In this document: positions 1 through 9,182 of the stretch, piece by piece | How the letters are laid out: each line of letters starts with the position of its first letter | Numbering within the stretch: the first letter of the stretch is position 1 | Origin: an uncultured Bacteroidota bacterium | GTDB lineage: Bacteria; Bacteroidota; Bacteroidia; Bacteroidales; VadinHA17 | DNA: 64,000 bases | NCBI GenBank assembly: GCA_937864815.1 | Contig: CALMJY010000238.1 | Location: forward strand, 20,477 to 84,476 | Direction of reading: 5' to 3' | Program-made: the position numbers and the translations under genes | The notes under the pieces: model-generated | The model's database searches: none | What the model was told of the DNA's origin: nothing | The model's input: only the letters and a program-made list of their open reading frames with translations

Positions 1-926
1 GTAAATGATTCAGCCATTATTGCAGCATTTTTCTTAACCCTCTTCTGATATTCACCAAATGAAGGTTCAAGCGCCTCACCGAATGCGACTGCTTTGGAGG
101 CAATTACATGTTCCAGCGGACCACCCTGTACGCCTGGAAAAACTGAAGAGTTAAGCAGGGATGACATCATCCTCACCTCACCCTTTGGAGTCACAATTCC
201 CCATGGATTTACAAAATCTTTTCCCATAAGAATAATTCCGCCCCTGGGACCACGCAGTGTTTTATGAGTGGTGGAAGTAATGATATGGGCATGTTTTAGC
301 GGATTCCTAAGTAATCCGGCTGCTATAAGTCCTGCCGGGTGAGCCATATCAACAATAAAAATTGCACCGATGCTGTCGGCAATTTTTCTCATTCGCTCAT
401 AATCCCATTCACGTGAATAGGCTGATGCACCACCTATTATCATTTTAGGTTTTTCCCTGAGTGCTACTTCTTCCATCATATCATAGTCAACAAGGCCGGT
501 ATCCTCTTTTACACTGTAAGCTACAGGTTTATAAAGCAGACCTGATGAATTGACAGGAGAACCATGTGACAGATGCCCTCCATGCGCCAGATTCAAACCC
601 ATGAATGAATCTCCGGGTTTCATAACCGTCATGAATACTGACATGTTTGCCTGCGCACCTGAATGTGGCTGGACATTTGCATATTCGGCATTGAATAATT
701 TTTTTAGGCGGTCAATTGCAATCTGCTCCGACTGGTCTACTATCTCACATCCTCCATAGTAACGGTTACCAGGATAACCTTCTGCATATTTGTTGGTCAT
801 AACAGATCCCATGGCCTCCAGCACCTGCTGGCTGACAAAATTCTCAGAAGCTATAAGCTCTATTCCGTTTATTTGGCGTTCTTTTTCCTTTTCAATAAGG
901 TCGAAAATCAATTTGTCTCTTTTCAT
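1..926 (-). CDS. glyA: serine hydroxymethyltransferase (N-terminal ~308 codons; gene runs off the left edge)
   Basis: Absent from the ORF track because there is no stop in the window. Reverse-complement translation from the ATG at 926-924 gives [61 protein letters not shown], the SHMT N-terminal signature. Confidence 0.93.
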   Translation of the reverse strand, partial: MKRDKLIFDLIEKEKERQINGIELIASENFVSQQVLEAMGSVMTNKYAEGYPGNRYYGGCEIVDQSEQIAIDRLKKLFNAEYANVQPHSGAQANMSVFMTVMKPGDSFMGLNLAHGGHLSHGSPVNSSGLLYKPVAYSVKEDTGLVDYDMMEEVALREKPKMIIGGASAYSREWDYERMRKIADSIGAIFIVDMAHPAGLIAAGLLRNPLKHAHIITSTTHKTLRGPRGGIILMGKDFVNPWGIVTPKGEVRMMSSLLNSSVFPGVQGGPLEHVIASKAVAFGEALEPSFGEYQKRVKKNAAIMAESF

Positions 927-944
927 ATCCTGAATTATTAATTT

Positions 945-2720
945 TTATTCTTCCGAATATTCAACCAGCAGTTCCCTGTAGGTTGAATAAATTCTTGACT
1001 TAGAAATAAATCCCACATAATAACCATTATCCAGAACAGGCAGATTCCATGCTCCGGTCTTTCTGAATGCCTCCATAACAGCTTCTATATTCTCCCTGAT
1101 ATCAATATAGGTTGGAGGTACAGTCATAATATCTTTCAGATAGGTTGTTTTGTACATCTCCTGGTCAAACATTATTTCCCTGACATCATCAAGGCTTACC
1201 ACCCCCTCAAGAATATTGTACTCATCAACAATCGGAAATATATTTCTTTTTGATTTGGAAATAATTCTGATAAGATCGCCAAGTGTGTCATTGGGTCCTG
1301 CTGTTTTAAGATCTGTCTCAATCTCCTTTTTCCAGTTCATACGTGTCAGAACCGCTTTATCCTTATCATGAGTAATAAGCTCTCCCCTTTTTGCCAGTTC
1401 AAGATGATATATTGAGTGTTTTTCAAAACTCCGGGTAGTGATATAAGCAATTGTTGCAGTTATTATTAATGGTATCAGAAGGTTATAGCCTCCTGTAATC
1501 TCAGCAATCAGGAATATTGCAGTGAGCGGAGCATGCATTACCCCTGCCATCATTCCGGCCATACCTGCTAGTACAAATCTGTTATCGGGCAGTTCAAGTT
1601 GAAAAAGATTTCCAAGCACTCCTGCAACCAGGAAGCCCGTGATTCCTCCGATAAACAGTGTCGGAGCAAAAATACCACCAACACCCCCTGCTCCGTTTGT
1701 TGCACTGCTGGCAACAACCTTCAGCAGAATCAGACCGGCAAGGAAACCAAACATTAACAGGTAATTATCGGCTAGATTAACAGAAATGTTACTGTAAAAA
1801 ATTTTCCCTGAATCACCCTGAAGTAATGTCATTATTGTATCATAACCCTCCCCGTAAAAGGCTGGGAAGATATAAATGAGTAAACCCAGCACTGATCCTC
1901 CGATTATAAGCCTGATATACTGATTCTTAACCTTTTCAAAAGATCCTTCAAGAAAAAGTGTCATCTTTGAAAAGTAAAGTGAAATAAGTCCGGAAATTAT
2001 TCCGAGTACAATATACCAGGGAATATTCCCGACAACTAACGATTCAGTGATGTTAAACGAAAAGAGAACCTTGTCTCCCATCAGAAAATAAGATACTGTG
2101 GCAGCTGTGACCGATGAAATAAGAAGAGGCACAATGGAGGAAATAGTCAGATCAAGCATAAGGATTTCCAGGACAAAAACAATTCCTGCAATCGGTGCCT
2201 TGAATATTCCAGCAACAGCACCTGCTGCCCCGCAGCCAATAAGAAGTGTGATACTCTTGCTGTTTAACCTGAAAAATCTCCCGATCGTTGATCCTATTGA
2301 GGAACCTGTCAGTACAATTGGTGCTTCTGCTCCGACTGAACCCCCGAATCCTATTGTAAGTGTGCTGGCCATAATGGAACTCCAGGTATTATGGGCTCTG
2401 AGATATCCTCTTCTTTTTGAAATGGAAAATAATACCCTGCTGATTCCGTGGCTAATATTGTCACGTACAACATACCTGACAAAAAGAAGGGTAAGCAGCA
2501 TCCCTGTAATCGGAAATGCCAGGTATAAAAATCCTGATTTTTCGTCAGTAATCCCTCTTGTCATAAAGAGGTGGGTGTAATGAATGGCATTCTTCAGGAA
2601 AGCTGCTGCAAAAGCGCTCAGAAGACCTACCACAAGACTCAGAAAGTATACAATTTTAAGCTGGTCTTTATCAACTAGATTCTTGCCTGAGATTTTTTTG
2701 AATAGATTGGATCTGAACAT
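945..2720 (-). CDS. ClC-family chloride channel/antiporter with C-terminal CBS pair
   Basis: 591-aa multi-TM ORF with ClC motifs (GGSVGAEAP, GIFAPTLF). The C-terminal tail has two CBS-like modules (IFPIVDEYNILEGVVSLDDV; WNLPVLDNGYYVGFISKSRI). Confidence 0.85.
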   Translation of the reverse strand: MFRSNLFKKISGKNLVDKDQLKIVYFLSLVVGLLSAFAAAFLKNAIHYTHLFMTRGITDEKSGFLYLAFPITGMLLTLLFVRYVVRDNISHGISRVLFSISKRRGYLRAHNTWSSIMASTLTIGFGGSVGAEAPIVLTGSSIGSTIGRFFRLNSKSITLLIGCGAAGAVAGIFKAPIAGIVFVLEILMLDLTISSIVPLLISSVTAATVSYFLMGDKVLFSFNITESLVVGNIPWYIVLGIISGLISLYFSKMTLFLEGSFEKVKNQYIRLIIGGSVLGLLIYIFPAFYGEGYDTIMTLLQGDSGKIFYSNISVNLADNYLLMFGFLAGLILLKVVASSATNGAGGVGGIFAPTLFIGGITGFLVAGVLGNLFQLELPDNRFVLAGMAGMMAGVMHAPLTAIFLIAEITGGYNLLIPLIITATIAYITTRSFEKHSIYHLELAKRGELITHDKDKAVLTRMNWKKEIETDLKTAGPNDTLGDLIRIISKSKRNIFPIVDEYNILEGVVSLDDVREIMFDQEMYKTTYLKDIMTVPPTYIDIRENIEAVMEAFRKTGAWNLPVLDNGYYVGFISKSRIYSTYRELLVEYSEE

Positions 2721-2727
2721 AATTATG

Positions 2728-2735
2728 CAAATATA
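2728..2735 (-). promoter_or_regulatory. Bacteroidota -7 box (TAnnTTTG) upstream of the ClC gene
   Basis: The minus strand reads TATATTTG, 7 nt before the annotated ATG. This implies a near-leaderless mRNA or a downstream true start. Confidence 0.35.
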
Positions 2736-2767
2736 AAAACAATACTAAACCCTGCCAGTTTTTTATA

Positions 2768-2775
2768 TAAGTTTG
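2768..2775 (+). promoter_or_regulatory. Bacteroidota -7 box (TAAGTTTG)
   Basis: Exact match to TAnnTTTG, 23 nt upstream of the ATG at 2799. Confidence 0.45.
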
Positions 2776-2798
2776 TCCCTTATAGTTTTTGAAAGAAA

Positions 2799-4286
2799 AT
2801 GGTGAGCACGATTAAGTATTATATTATCCTGTTAACTCTGCTGATACTGACAAACAAAGCCTTGTCGCAGGTAAATTGTACTGTGCCTGAATCACCAAAA
2901 CTTAATCTCGTTACTGTTGATCCGATCTCCGGCAATGTTAATATAAGCTGGGATCTGAGTCCATCATCAGGTATAGCAGGATATGTTGTTTATAAATTTA
3001 ACGATGGTACAGGCATACCCATTGATACCATCTGGAATCCGTCAGCTGTTAATTATACACACATCACCCCTGCAACAAGGTACTTCAGCGTTTCATATGT
3101 TGTCGCCGCTCACAGGATGCCAAATTGCACAAGTCCCCTTTCAAACCATCTGAATACCATTTTTGCGGATGCAAAAATCGATACATGCAATAAGATAATT
3201 ACTGTCTCCTGGAATAACTACATTTCTGAACCAAAGAAAGTTACAGGTTACCGGATATCAGCATCCGTTAATAGAGGCACATTTTCTGATCTTGCCGTGG
3301 TGGATCCGGACAGTCTCAAATTCAGACTCAGCAACTTCACAACAAATTCTGAATACTGTTTCATAGTAAGTGCTATACTTGAAGGCGGAAATATATCCGG
3401 ATCAAATAAGGTGTGTCTTTCAACTGCCATGCAAAGGCCACCTGACTGGATTAATGCTGATTATGCAACAATAACTGACAATAAAGTATCACTCTCTTTC
3501 ACAGCAGATCCGCTATCAGATATTTCAACATTCCGGCTTGAACGAAAAACCGGAAAATCTGGAAGCTTCACAGAAATAGCAAGGCCTTTTTCCACTTCAG
3601 GTATAATTAGATACACAGATGAAAAGGCAGATCCCGGGGCAATAAATTACTACAGGCTATCCGCAATAAACAGTTGCAATAAACCAATTACTGTTTCCAA
3701 CCTGGCTTCAAATATTGTCCTGACAATTGAAAGTATAAACAATAACCTGGTTCTCAGATGGAATCATTATGAAAAGTGGAATGGGGAAACCGGTATGTAC
3801 TCACTTTTCGTAAATACAGGAACAGGTTATAATAAAGTCACAGAGATTGTATCATCCGATTCTTCAATTCTGATTGATTATAAAAACCTTATGTATGACA
3901 TAACTACAGGTGAGGTTTGCTTCAAACTTGGGGCTGAAGAGGTATTAAATCCATATGGTATATCAGGTTCCACACTCTCGGGTGAGGCTTGTACTGAATC
4001 GGTGGAAACTATAACTGTACCGGATGTATTCACCCCTAATAGCGATATGATAAACGATCTGTTCAGACCTGTACTTTCATTCACCCCGGCTGATTATATA
4101 TTTGTCATTAGTGACAGACAGGGAAAAACCCTTTTTGAAACAAGAAATCACCTTGATTCCTGGGATGGTACTTATAAAGGAGATCCCCTGTCACAGGGAA
4201 TTTATCTATGGTCACTTCGGGTTCTGACCCCTTCAGGTAAATCAATTTCAAGAACGGGTACAATTGCAATCTATTTTAACCGGTAA
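2799..4286 (+). CDS. secreted Fn3/Ig-repeat protein with T9SS type-B (gliding-motility-associated, CHU_C) C-terminal sorting domain
   Basis: Signal peptide (LLILTNKALSQ) and repeated beta-rich modules. The C-terminus reads VPDVFTPNSDMINDLFRP...WDGTYKGDPLSQGIYLW..GTIAIYFNR, typical of the type-B CTD. Confidence 0.8.
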   Translation: MVSTIKYYIILLTLLILTNKALSQVNCTVPESPKLNLVTVDPISGNVNISWDLSPSSGIAGYVVYKFNDGTGIPIDTIWNPSAVNYTHITPATRYFSVSYVVAAHRMPNCTSPLSNHLNTIFADAKIDTCNKIITVSWNNYISEPKKVTGYRISASVNRGTFSDLAVVDPDSLKFRLSNFTTNSEYCFIVSAILEGGNISGSNKVCLSTAMQRPPDWINADYATITDNKVSLSFTADPLSDISTFRLERKTGKSGSFTEIARPFSTSGIIRYTDEKADPGAINYYRLSAINSCNKPITVSNLASNIVLTIESINNNLVLRWNHYEKWNGETGMYSLFVNTGTGYNKVTEIVSSDSSILIDYKNLMYDITTGEVCFKLGAEEVLNPYGISGSTLSGEACTESVETITVPDVFTPNSDMINDLFRPVLSFTPADYIFVISDRQGKTLFETRNHLDSWDGTYKGDPLSQGIYLWSLRVLTPSGKSISRTGTIAIYFNR

Positions 4287-4339
4287 AATTTTGATCGGGA
4301 TATCGAAAGGCAGCAATACAATCATTAGAGCATAAAAGC

Positions 4340-4347
4340 TATCTTTG
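4340..4347 (+). promoter_or_regulatory. Bacteroidota -7 box (TATCTTTG) for relA/spoT
   Basis: Exact TAnnTTTG match, 33 nt upstream of the ATG at 4381. Confidence 0.5.
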
Positions 4348-4380
4348 TATTCTGCACAAAAAGGTGTATTATTATACTCT

Positions 4381-6624
4381 ATGGCGAATAAGGATGTTTT
4401 TGATGATGAGGATGTACACAGGATAAATTCTGAATATGAGTCGCTTGTAAGCAATCTCATTCGCTGCAACAAGCCTGGTGACAGGGAGCTGATAGACAAG
4501 GCATTTAAAATTGCCAATGAAGCTCATTGGAATATGCGGCGAAAATCAGGAGAACCTTATGTGATTCATCCCATTTGTGTTGCAAAAATAGTAAACCAGG
4601 AAATTGGCCTTGGCGCGGGATCTATAGCTACAGCTCTTCTTCATGACGTAGTTGAAGATACCGAGTACTCACTTAATGAAATAGAACGGGAATTCGGCTC
4701 CAAAATCGCATCTCTCATTGACGGACTAACTAAAATTTCCGGTACATACAACAAGGAGACCTCTACCTCGATGCAGGCAGAGAATTTCAGGAAAATGTTG
4801 CTTACACTTTCTGATGACCTCAGGGTTATTCTGATTAAAATAGCTGACAGGCTTCATAATATGAGAACCCTGGAATCAATGCCTGAGCACAAGAAAATGA
4901 AAATTGCCGGGGAGACTATCTTTCTGTACGCTCCGCTTGCACACAGGCTCGGTTTATATGCAATAAAAAGCGAGCTGGAAGATCTCAGCTTCAAATTCCG
5001 TCAGCCTCAGATTTACGATGAAATTACCGGCAAATTAAAACATTCCGAAAAAAGGAATATAGCCCTGATAAATAAATTTTCTCTTCCCATAATAGAGAAA
5101 CTTATGGAGGCGGGTTTTCAGTTCGATATCAGCGGAAGACCTAAATCTGTATTTTCCATCTGGAAAAAAATGCAGGCCAAAAATGTACCATTTGAAGAGA
5201 TATATGATGTACTTGCAGTAAGAATAGTATTCAAACCGGTACCGGGGATTCCTGAAAAAACGCAATGCTGGAATATTTACTCCATCATCACCGATTCCTA
5301 TCTTCCCAAACCTGACAGGTTACGTGACTGGGTAAGCCGCCCAAAACCAAATGGTTATGAAGCTCTGCACCTTACAGTAATGGGTCCTGAGGGAAGATGG
5401 ATTGAGGTACAGATCAGGAGCGAAAGGATGGATGAGATAGCGGAGAGAGGTTATGCAGCACACTGGAAATACAAAGGGGATGAATCACCTGAAAGCGAGC
5501 TTGACAAATGGATTAAAAAAATCAGACAGATGCTCGAGAATCCGCTGGAGGATCCGATAGAGTTTCTTGATGAATTTAAAATGAACCTGTTCTCTTCAGA
5601 GATAATGGTGTTTACCCCCAAGGGTCTTCTTATCAGTCTCCCGAAAGGAGCATCTGCCCTTGATTTTGCATATGAAATACATACAGAAGTAGGAAACAAA
5701 GCCATCGGGGCCAAGATAAATTACAGACTCAATCCTATCAGTGCCATACTCAACAGTGGTGACCAGGTTGAAATCATAACATCAGATATTGCAAAACCCG
5801 ACAAGGAGTGGTTAAAATATGTGAGAACCACAAAAGCCAAGGAGGCTATTAAAGTTGCCCTGAAGAATGAATCGAAGGATATAATCCAGAAAGGAACAGA
5901 AATACTGGAGGCACAGCTTGGCATTCTCAATCTCCGGCTTAATAATGAGATACTGAAAAAGCTGCTCGAGGAATTTGAATCCACCGGAAAGGATGATCTA
6001 TTGGCTGGAATAGGGCTTGGAAAGATCAATACTGACGATCTTAAGAGGGTACTTAGGAAGAACACTTCAAGAAGTGTGATTAAGTACTGGGATCTGAAAT
6101 TCATTGGTTCACGAAAAGAAAAGAAAGACGATAATGACAAGGTGTCAAAAATTGACAAAAAAGTTCCATTCCTTCTCAGGGAAAATGTTGATAATGCATC
6201 ACAGTCATACAGTATCGCAAAGTGCTGTAATCCAATACCAGGTGATGATGTGGTTGGCTATCATACCTCCGAAGGTTCAATAATGATACACAAGCCCAAG
6301 TGCCCTGAAGCTATCAGGATCATGTCCAATGAAGGGGACCGGATAGTTGCGGTTAAATGGGCAATACATAAACTGAACTCCTTTCTCGCAAGAGTAAGTA
6401 TGAGTGGAATCGACAGGATTGGTCTTGTTAATGAAATAACAAATATTATTTCCTCAGAGCTTAAGGTAAACATGACAGGCATCAATATTTCTGTTCATAA
6501 TGGAATATTTGAAGGAACAATTGATTTGTATGTTCATCATACCAAAGATCTTAATAACCTTATAATGAAAATCTCCGGTATAAACGGAATTGAAAATGTG
6601 AGAAGAGTTGAAGACTTGTCTTAA
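4381..6624 (+). CDS. relA: bifunctional (p)ppGpp synthetase/hydrolase, RelA/SpoT family
   Basis: HD hydrolase motif (HDVVEDT), RelA/SpoT synthetase region (YEALHLTV, RSERMDEIAERG), and TGS and ACT-like C-terminal domains. I prefer the ATG at 4381 (MANKDV) over the track's non-ATG start at 4345, which would overlap the -7 box. Confidence 0.92.
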   Translation: MANKDVFDDEDVHRINSEYESLVSNLIRCNKPGDRELIDKAFKIANEAHWNMRRKSGEPYVIHPICVAKIVNQEIGLGAGSIATALLHDVVEDTEYSLNEIEREFGSKIASLIDGLTKISGTYNKETSTSMQAENFRKMLLTLSDDLRVILIKIADRLHNMRTLESMPEHKKMKIAGETIFLYAPLAHRLGLYAIKSELEDLSFKFRQPQIYDEITGKLKHSEKRNIALINKFSLPIIEKLMEAGFQFDISGRPKSVFSIWKKMQAKNVPFEEIYDVLAVRIVFKPVPGIPEKTQCWNIYSIITDSYLPKPDRLRDWVSRPKPNGYEALHLTVMGPEGRWIEVQIRSERMDEIAERGYAAHWKYKGDESPESELDKWIKKIRQMLENPLEDPIEFLDEFKMNLFSSEIMVFTPKGLLISLPKGASALDFAYEIHTEVGNKAIGAKINYRLNPISAILNSGDQVEIITSDIAKPDKEWLKYVRTTKAKEAIKVALKNESKDIIQKGTEILEAQLGILNLRLNNEILKKLLEEFESTGKDDLLAGIGLGKINTDDLKRVLRKNTSRSVIKYWDLKFIGSRKEKKDDNDKVSKIDKKVPFLLRENVDNASQSYSIAKCCNPIPGDDVVGYHTSEGSIMIHKPKCPEAIRIMSNEGDRIVAVKWAIHKLNSFLARVSMSGIDRIGLVNEITNIISSELKVNMTGINISVHNGIFEGTIDLYVHHTKDLNNLIMKISGINGIENVRRVEDLS

Positions 6625-6672
6625 TGCTTCCATAAGAATATTCTCTCTCTCTGCGATTAAATTGAAAATATG

Positions 6673-6680
6673 TACATTTG
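6673..6680 (+). promoter_or_regulatory. Bacteroidota -7 box (TACATTTG) for fur-family gene
   Basis: Exact TAnnTTTG match, 24 nt upstream of the ATG at 6705. Confidence 0.5.
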
Positions 6681-6704
6681 TCATTATTTAAAATTAGACC
6701 AATT

Positions 6705-7169
6705 ATGATTAGTGACAGTACCAAGATCACTGTAAAAAAAATCTTTACCGAGTATCTCGAAAGGAAAGGTCACAGAAAAACACCGGAAAGGTATGCTATA
6801 CTCGAAGAAATATATTCAAGGTCAGGTCATTTTGATATAGAATCGCTTTATATCTTCATGAAAAACAAGAATTACAGGGTAAGCAGGGCAACACTTTACA
6901 ACACAATAGAATTACTGCTCGACTGTAACCTGGTAATAAAACATCAGTTCGGTAAAAATATTGCCCAGTTCGAAAGGGCATACCAGTGTGGTCAGCATGA
7001 CCATATAATAGATATTGAAACAGGAAGGGTTATTGAATTCTGTGATCCACGTATTTATGAAATAATCAGCACGGCAAGTGAACTTCATCATTTCACTCCT
7101 CTCTACCATTCTCTTTATATTTATGGTAACGTGAACAGCGGCAAAAACGAGACGGATAAAAAGAAATAG
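6705..7169 (+). CDS. fur: Fur-family transcriptional regulator
   Basis: Winged-helix region [25 protein letters not shown]...[14 protein letters not shown] and a metal-site region [20 protein letters not shown]. The track start at 6678 is non-ATG and overlaps the -7 box, so I use the ATG at 6705. Confidence 0.8.
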   Translation: MISDSTKITVKKIFTEYLERKGHRKTPERYAILEEIYSRSGHFDIESLYIFMKNKNYRVSRATLYNTIELLLDCNLVIKHQFGKNIAQFERAYQCGQHDHIIDIETGRVIEFCDPRIYEIISTASELHHFTPLYHSLYIYGNVNSGKNETDKKK

Positions 7170-7250
7170 TCAAAATTCCATGACTTTTTTCACAGTCGAA
7201 TAATTTCGTAACTTACACCATTAAAACTACTACTTACATAATCTTATAAC

Positions 7251-8525
7251 ATGAACATTGACATACTTTTAGGACTTCAATGGGGTGACGAGGGGAAAGG
7301 AAAACTGGTTGATGCATTGAGTCCCGAATATGATGTTATTGCAAGATTTCAGGGTGGCCCCAACGCAGGTCATTCACTTGAATTCAATAATATTAAACAT
7401 GTACTGCATCTTATTCCTTCCGGCATTTTTCATCCTGATAAACTGAATATAATTGGCAATGGGGTTGTTATAGATCCGGCAGTTTTCAAAAAAGAGATTG
7501 ATGAGCTTAAACCGTTTGCAGCCGATCTTACAAAACGACTTGTGGTTTCAACCAGGGCTAATCTTATTCTTCCTACCCACAGGATACTTGACTCCGCATA
7601 CGAGCAGCATAAGGGTAATACAAAGATAGGTTCTACCTTAAAAGGAATCGGTCCTGCCTATACTGATAAGACAGGGCGCTCAGGTTTACGTGTCGGGGAT
7701 ATTCTCCGTAGCGATTTCATGGATCTATACCGGGCCAGTACCGAAAGGCATTTAGCTATTCTTAAAAACTACAGTTTCAGTTTCAACCTGAATGACTTTG
7801 AAAAGGGATGGTTTGAGGGAATTGAGCTTCTAAAGGAATTCAGGATTGTAAATACAGAGTATCTGGTGAATGATCTTGCATCCGGAGGGAAAAGAATACT
7901 TGCCGAAGGTGCACAGGGTACAATGCTGGATGTCGATTTTGGCTCATACCCTTACGTTACATCTTCAAATACTATCAGTGCCGGCGCATGCACAGGACTC
8001 GGTATATCACCAAAAAGAATTGGTGATGTCTATGGAATCTTCAAAGCCTATTGCACCAGGGTTGGCAGTGGCCCCTTTCCTACTGAACTAACAGATGAAA
8101 CCGGTGATACACTCAGAAATACAGGAAAAGAATTCGGGGCAACAACAGGCAGACCAAGAAGGTGCGGATGGCTTGACCTCCCTGCACTAAAATATTCAAT
8201 AATGATAAACGGCACCACACAGCTTTTCATGACAAAAGCTGATGTAATGTCGTGGTTCAAAACCATAAAGGTTTGTACATCCTACAAAATTGACGGAAAA
8301 GAGGTAAATGAACTGCCATTTGGTAATGAACACGTTATTGAACCAGTCTATACCGAATTCAGGGGTTGGCAAAAGGATATCTCAGGAATCAGAAAATACA
8401 ACGATCTGCCTGCAGAACTGACAGGCTTTATTGAATTTATTGAGAAATATTGCGGTGTACCTGTAACTCTTGTCTCAGTTGGTCCCGACAGGGAGGAAAC
8501 CATTTTCAGAAAGACCGGTAACTAA
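7251..8525 (+). CDS. purA: adenylosuccinate synthase
   Basis: N-terminal GLQWGDEGKGK P-loop, plus GTTGRPRRCGWLD and the rest of a full-length PurA pattern. Confidence 0.95.
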   Translation: MNIDILLGLQWGDEGKGKLVDALSPEYDVIARFQGGPNAGHSLEFNNIKHVLHLIPSGIFHPDKLNIIGNGVVIDPAVFKKEIDELKPFAADLTKRLVVSTRANLILPTHRILDSAYEQHKGNTKIGSTLKGIGPAYTDKTGRSGLRVGDILRSDFMDLYRASTERHLAILKNYSFSFNLNDFEKGWFEGIELLKEFRIVNTEYLVNDLASGGKRILAEGAQGTMLDVDFGSYPYVTSSNTISAGACTGLGISPKRIGDVYGIFKAYCTRVGSGPFPTELTDETGDTLRNTGKEFGATTGRPRRCGWLDLPALKYSIMINGTTQLFMTKADVMSWFKTIKVCTSYKIDGKEVNELPFGNEHVIEPVYTEFRGWQKDISGIRKYNDLPAELTGFIEFIEKYCGVPVTLVSVGPDREETIFRKTGN

Positions 8526-8535
8526 TTCAGCTATC

Positions 8536-9000
8536 CTAATTATCTATATATAGCCAGGCGTCAGGCATTATATTAGCCTGGTAATCCTGTAATTTGTTAA
8601 CAGCCGGTCTGAATTTGTCAAATGCTTCTGCAGATACCAGTTCAAAACGGCTTCCTTTCATCTGAAGAATCCTCACATTATATCCTTTCGATTTATACTC
8701 TTCAGCAAGGTTCCTGGCATATTCAGGAGTATAGAAGCTGCCAACAATTATATGATATTTAAAAGCCAATTTTGCTTCTTCAGCAATCCTAATCGAATCC
8801 AACCTGGCATTTTCCAGTGCAACCAGAGCTTCCTGGGCTTTTCTTATGGAATCAACTACCCTCAGGCTGTCCTGACGGGCAAGCCAGACTCCGGTTGTAT
8901 CAGCTTTCTTCTTTCCGAATAAGCCTCCCCTGTTCTTGCATGAAGGAGTTACGACAAGCACAACTATTAAAACAAACAATAAGGTAGATAAATGTCTCAT
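8536..9000 (-). CDS. SPOR-domain lipoprotein
   Basis: Start at MRHLSTLLFVLIVVLVVTPSC (lipobox). The C-terminal SPOR-like fold reads YHIIVGSFYTPEYARNLAEEYKSKGYNVRILQ...FELVSAEAF. Confidence 0.7.
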   Translation of the reverse strand: MRHLSTLLFVLIVVLVVTPSCKNRGGLFGKKKADTTGVWLARQDSLRVVDSIRKAQEALVALENARLDSIRIAEEAKLAFKYHIIVGSFYTPEYARNLAEEYKSKGYNVRILQMKGSRFELVSAEAFDKFRPAVNKLQDYQANIMPDAWLYIDN

Positions 9001-9060
9001 AATATTGAAGTTAAGATATTTATAATAATTAATTGTCAGGATTTTTTCAAGCATAATTAT

Positions 9061-9068
9061 CAAAGATA
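9061..9068 (-). promoter_or_regulatory. Bacteroidota -7 box (TATCTTTG on minus strand) for SPOR gene
   Basis: Exact TAnnTTTG match on the minus strand. Its position argues for the start at 9000 rather than 9063. Confidence 0.4.
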
Positions 9069-9182
9069 CAAATATTTGTGAACCAAAACAAATGATAATA
9101 ATATATGCAATTTAAATATGGATTAGCTGAATTTTGTATATTCGGTGTTGAATAAAGAATTCTTAAACTAAATCGTGGTTAA

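Noticed and set aside
550-759. 69-aa plus-strand ORF
   Set aside because: It lies antisense inside the clearly identifiable glyA coding region and has no recognisable motif.
2098-2580. 160-aa plus-strand ORF
   Set aside because: It is antisense to the ClC channel gene and its composition mirrors the opposite-strand codons.
5721-6158. 145-aa minus-strand ORF, plus other short ORFs at 5035-5714 and 6261-6684
   Set aside because: They are antisense to relA/spoT, Ser/Leu-rich shadow frames.
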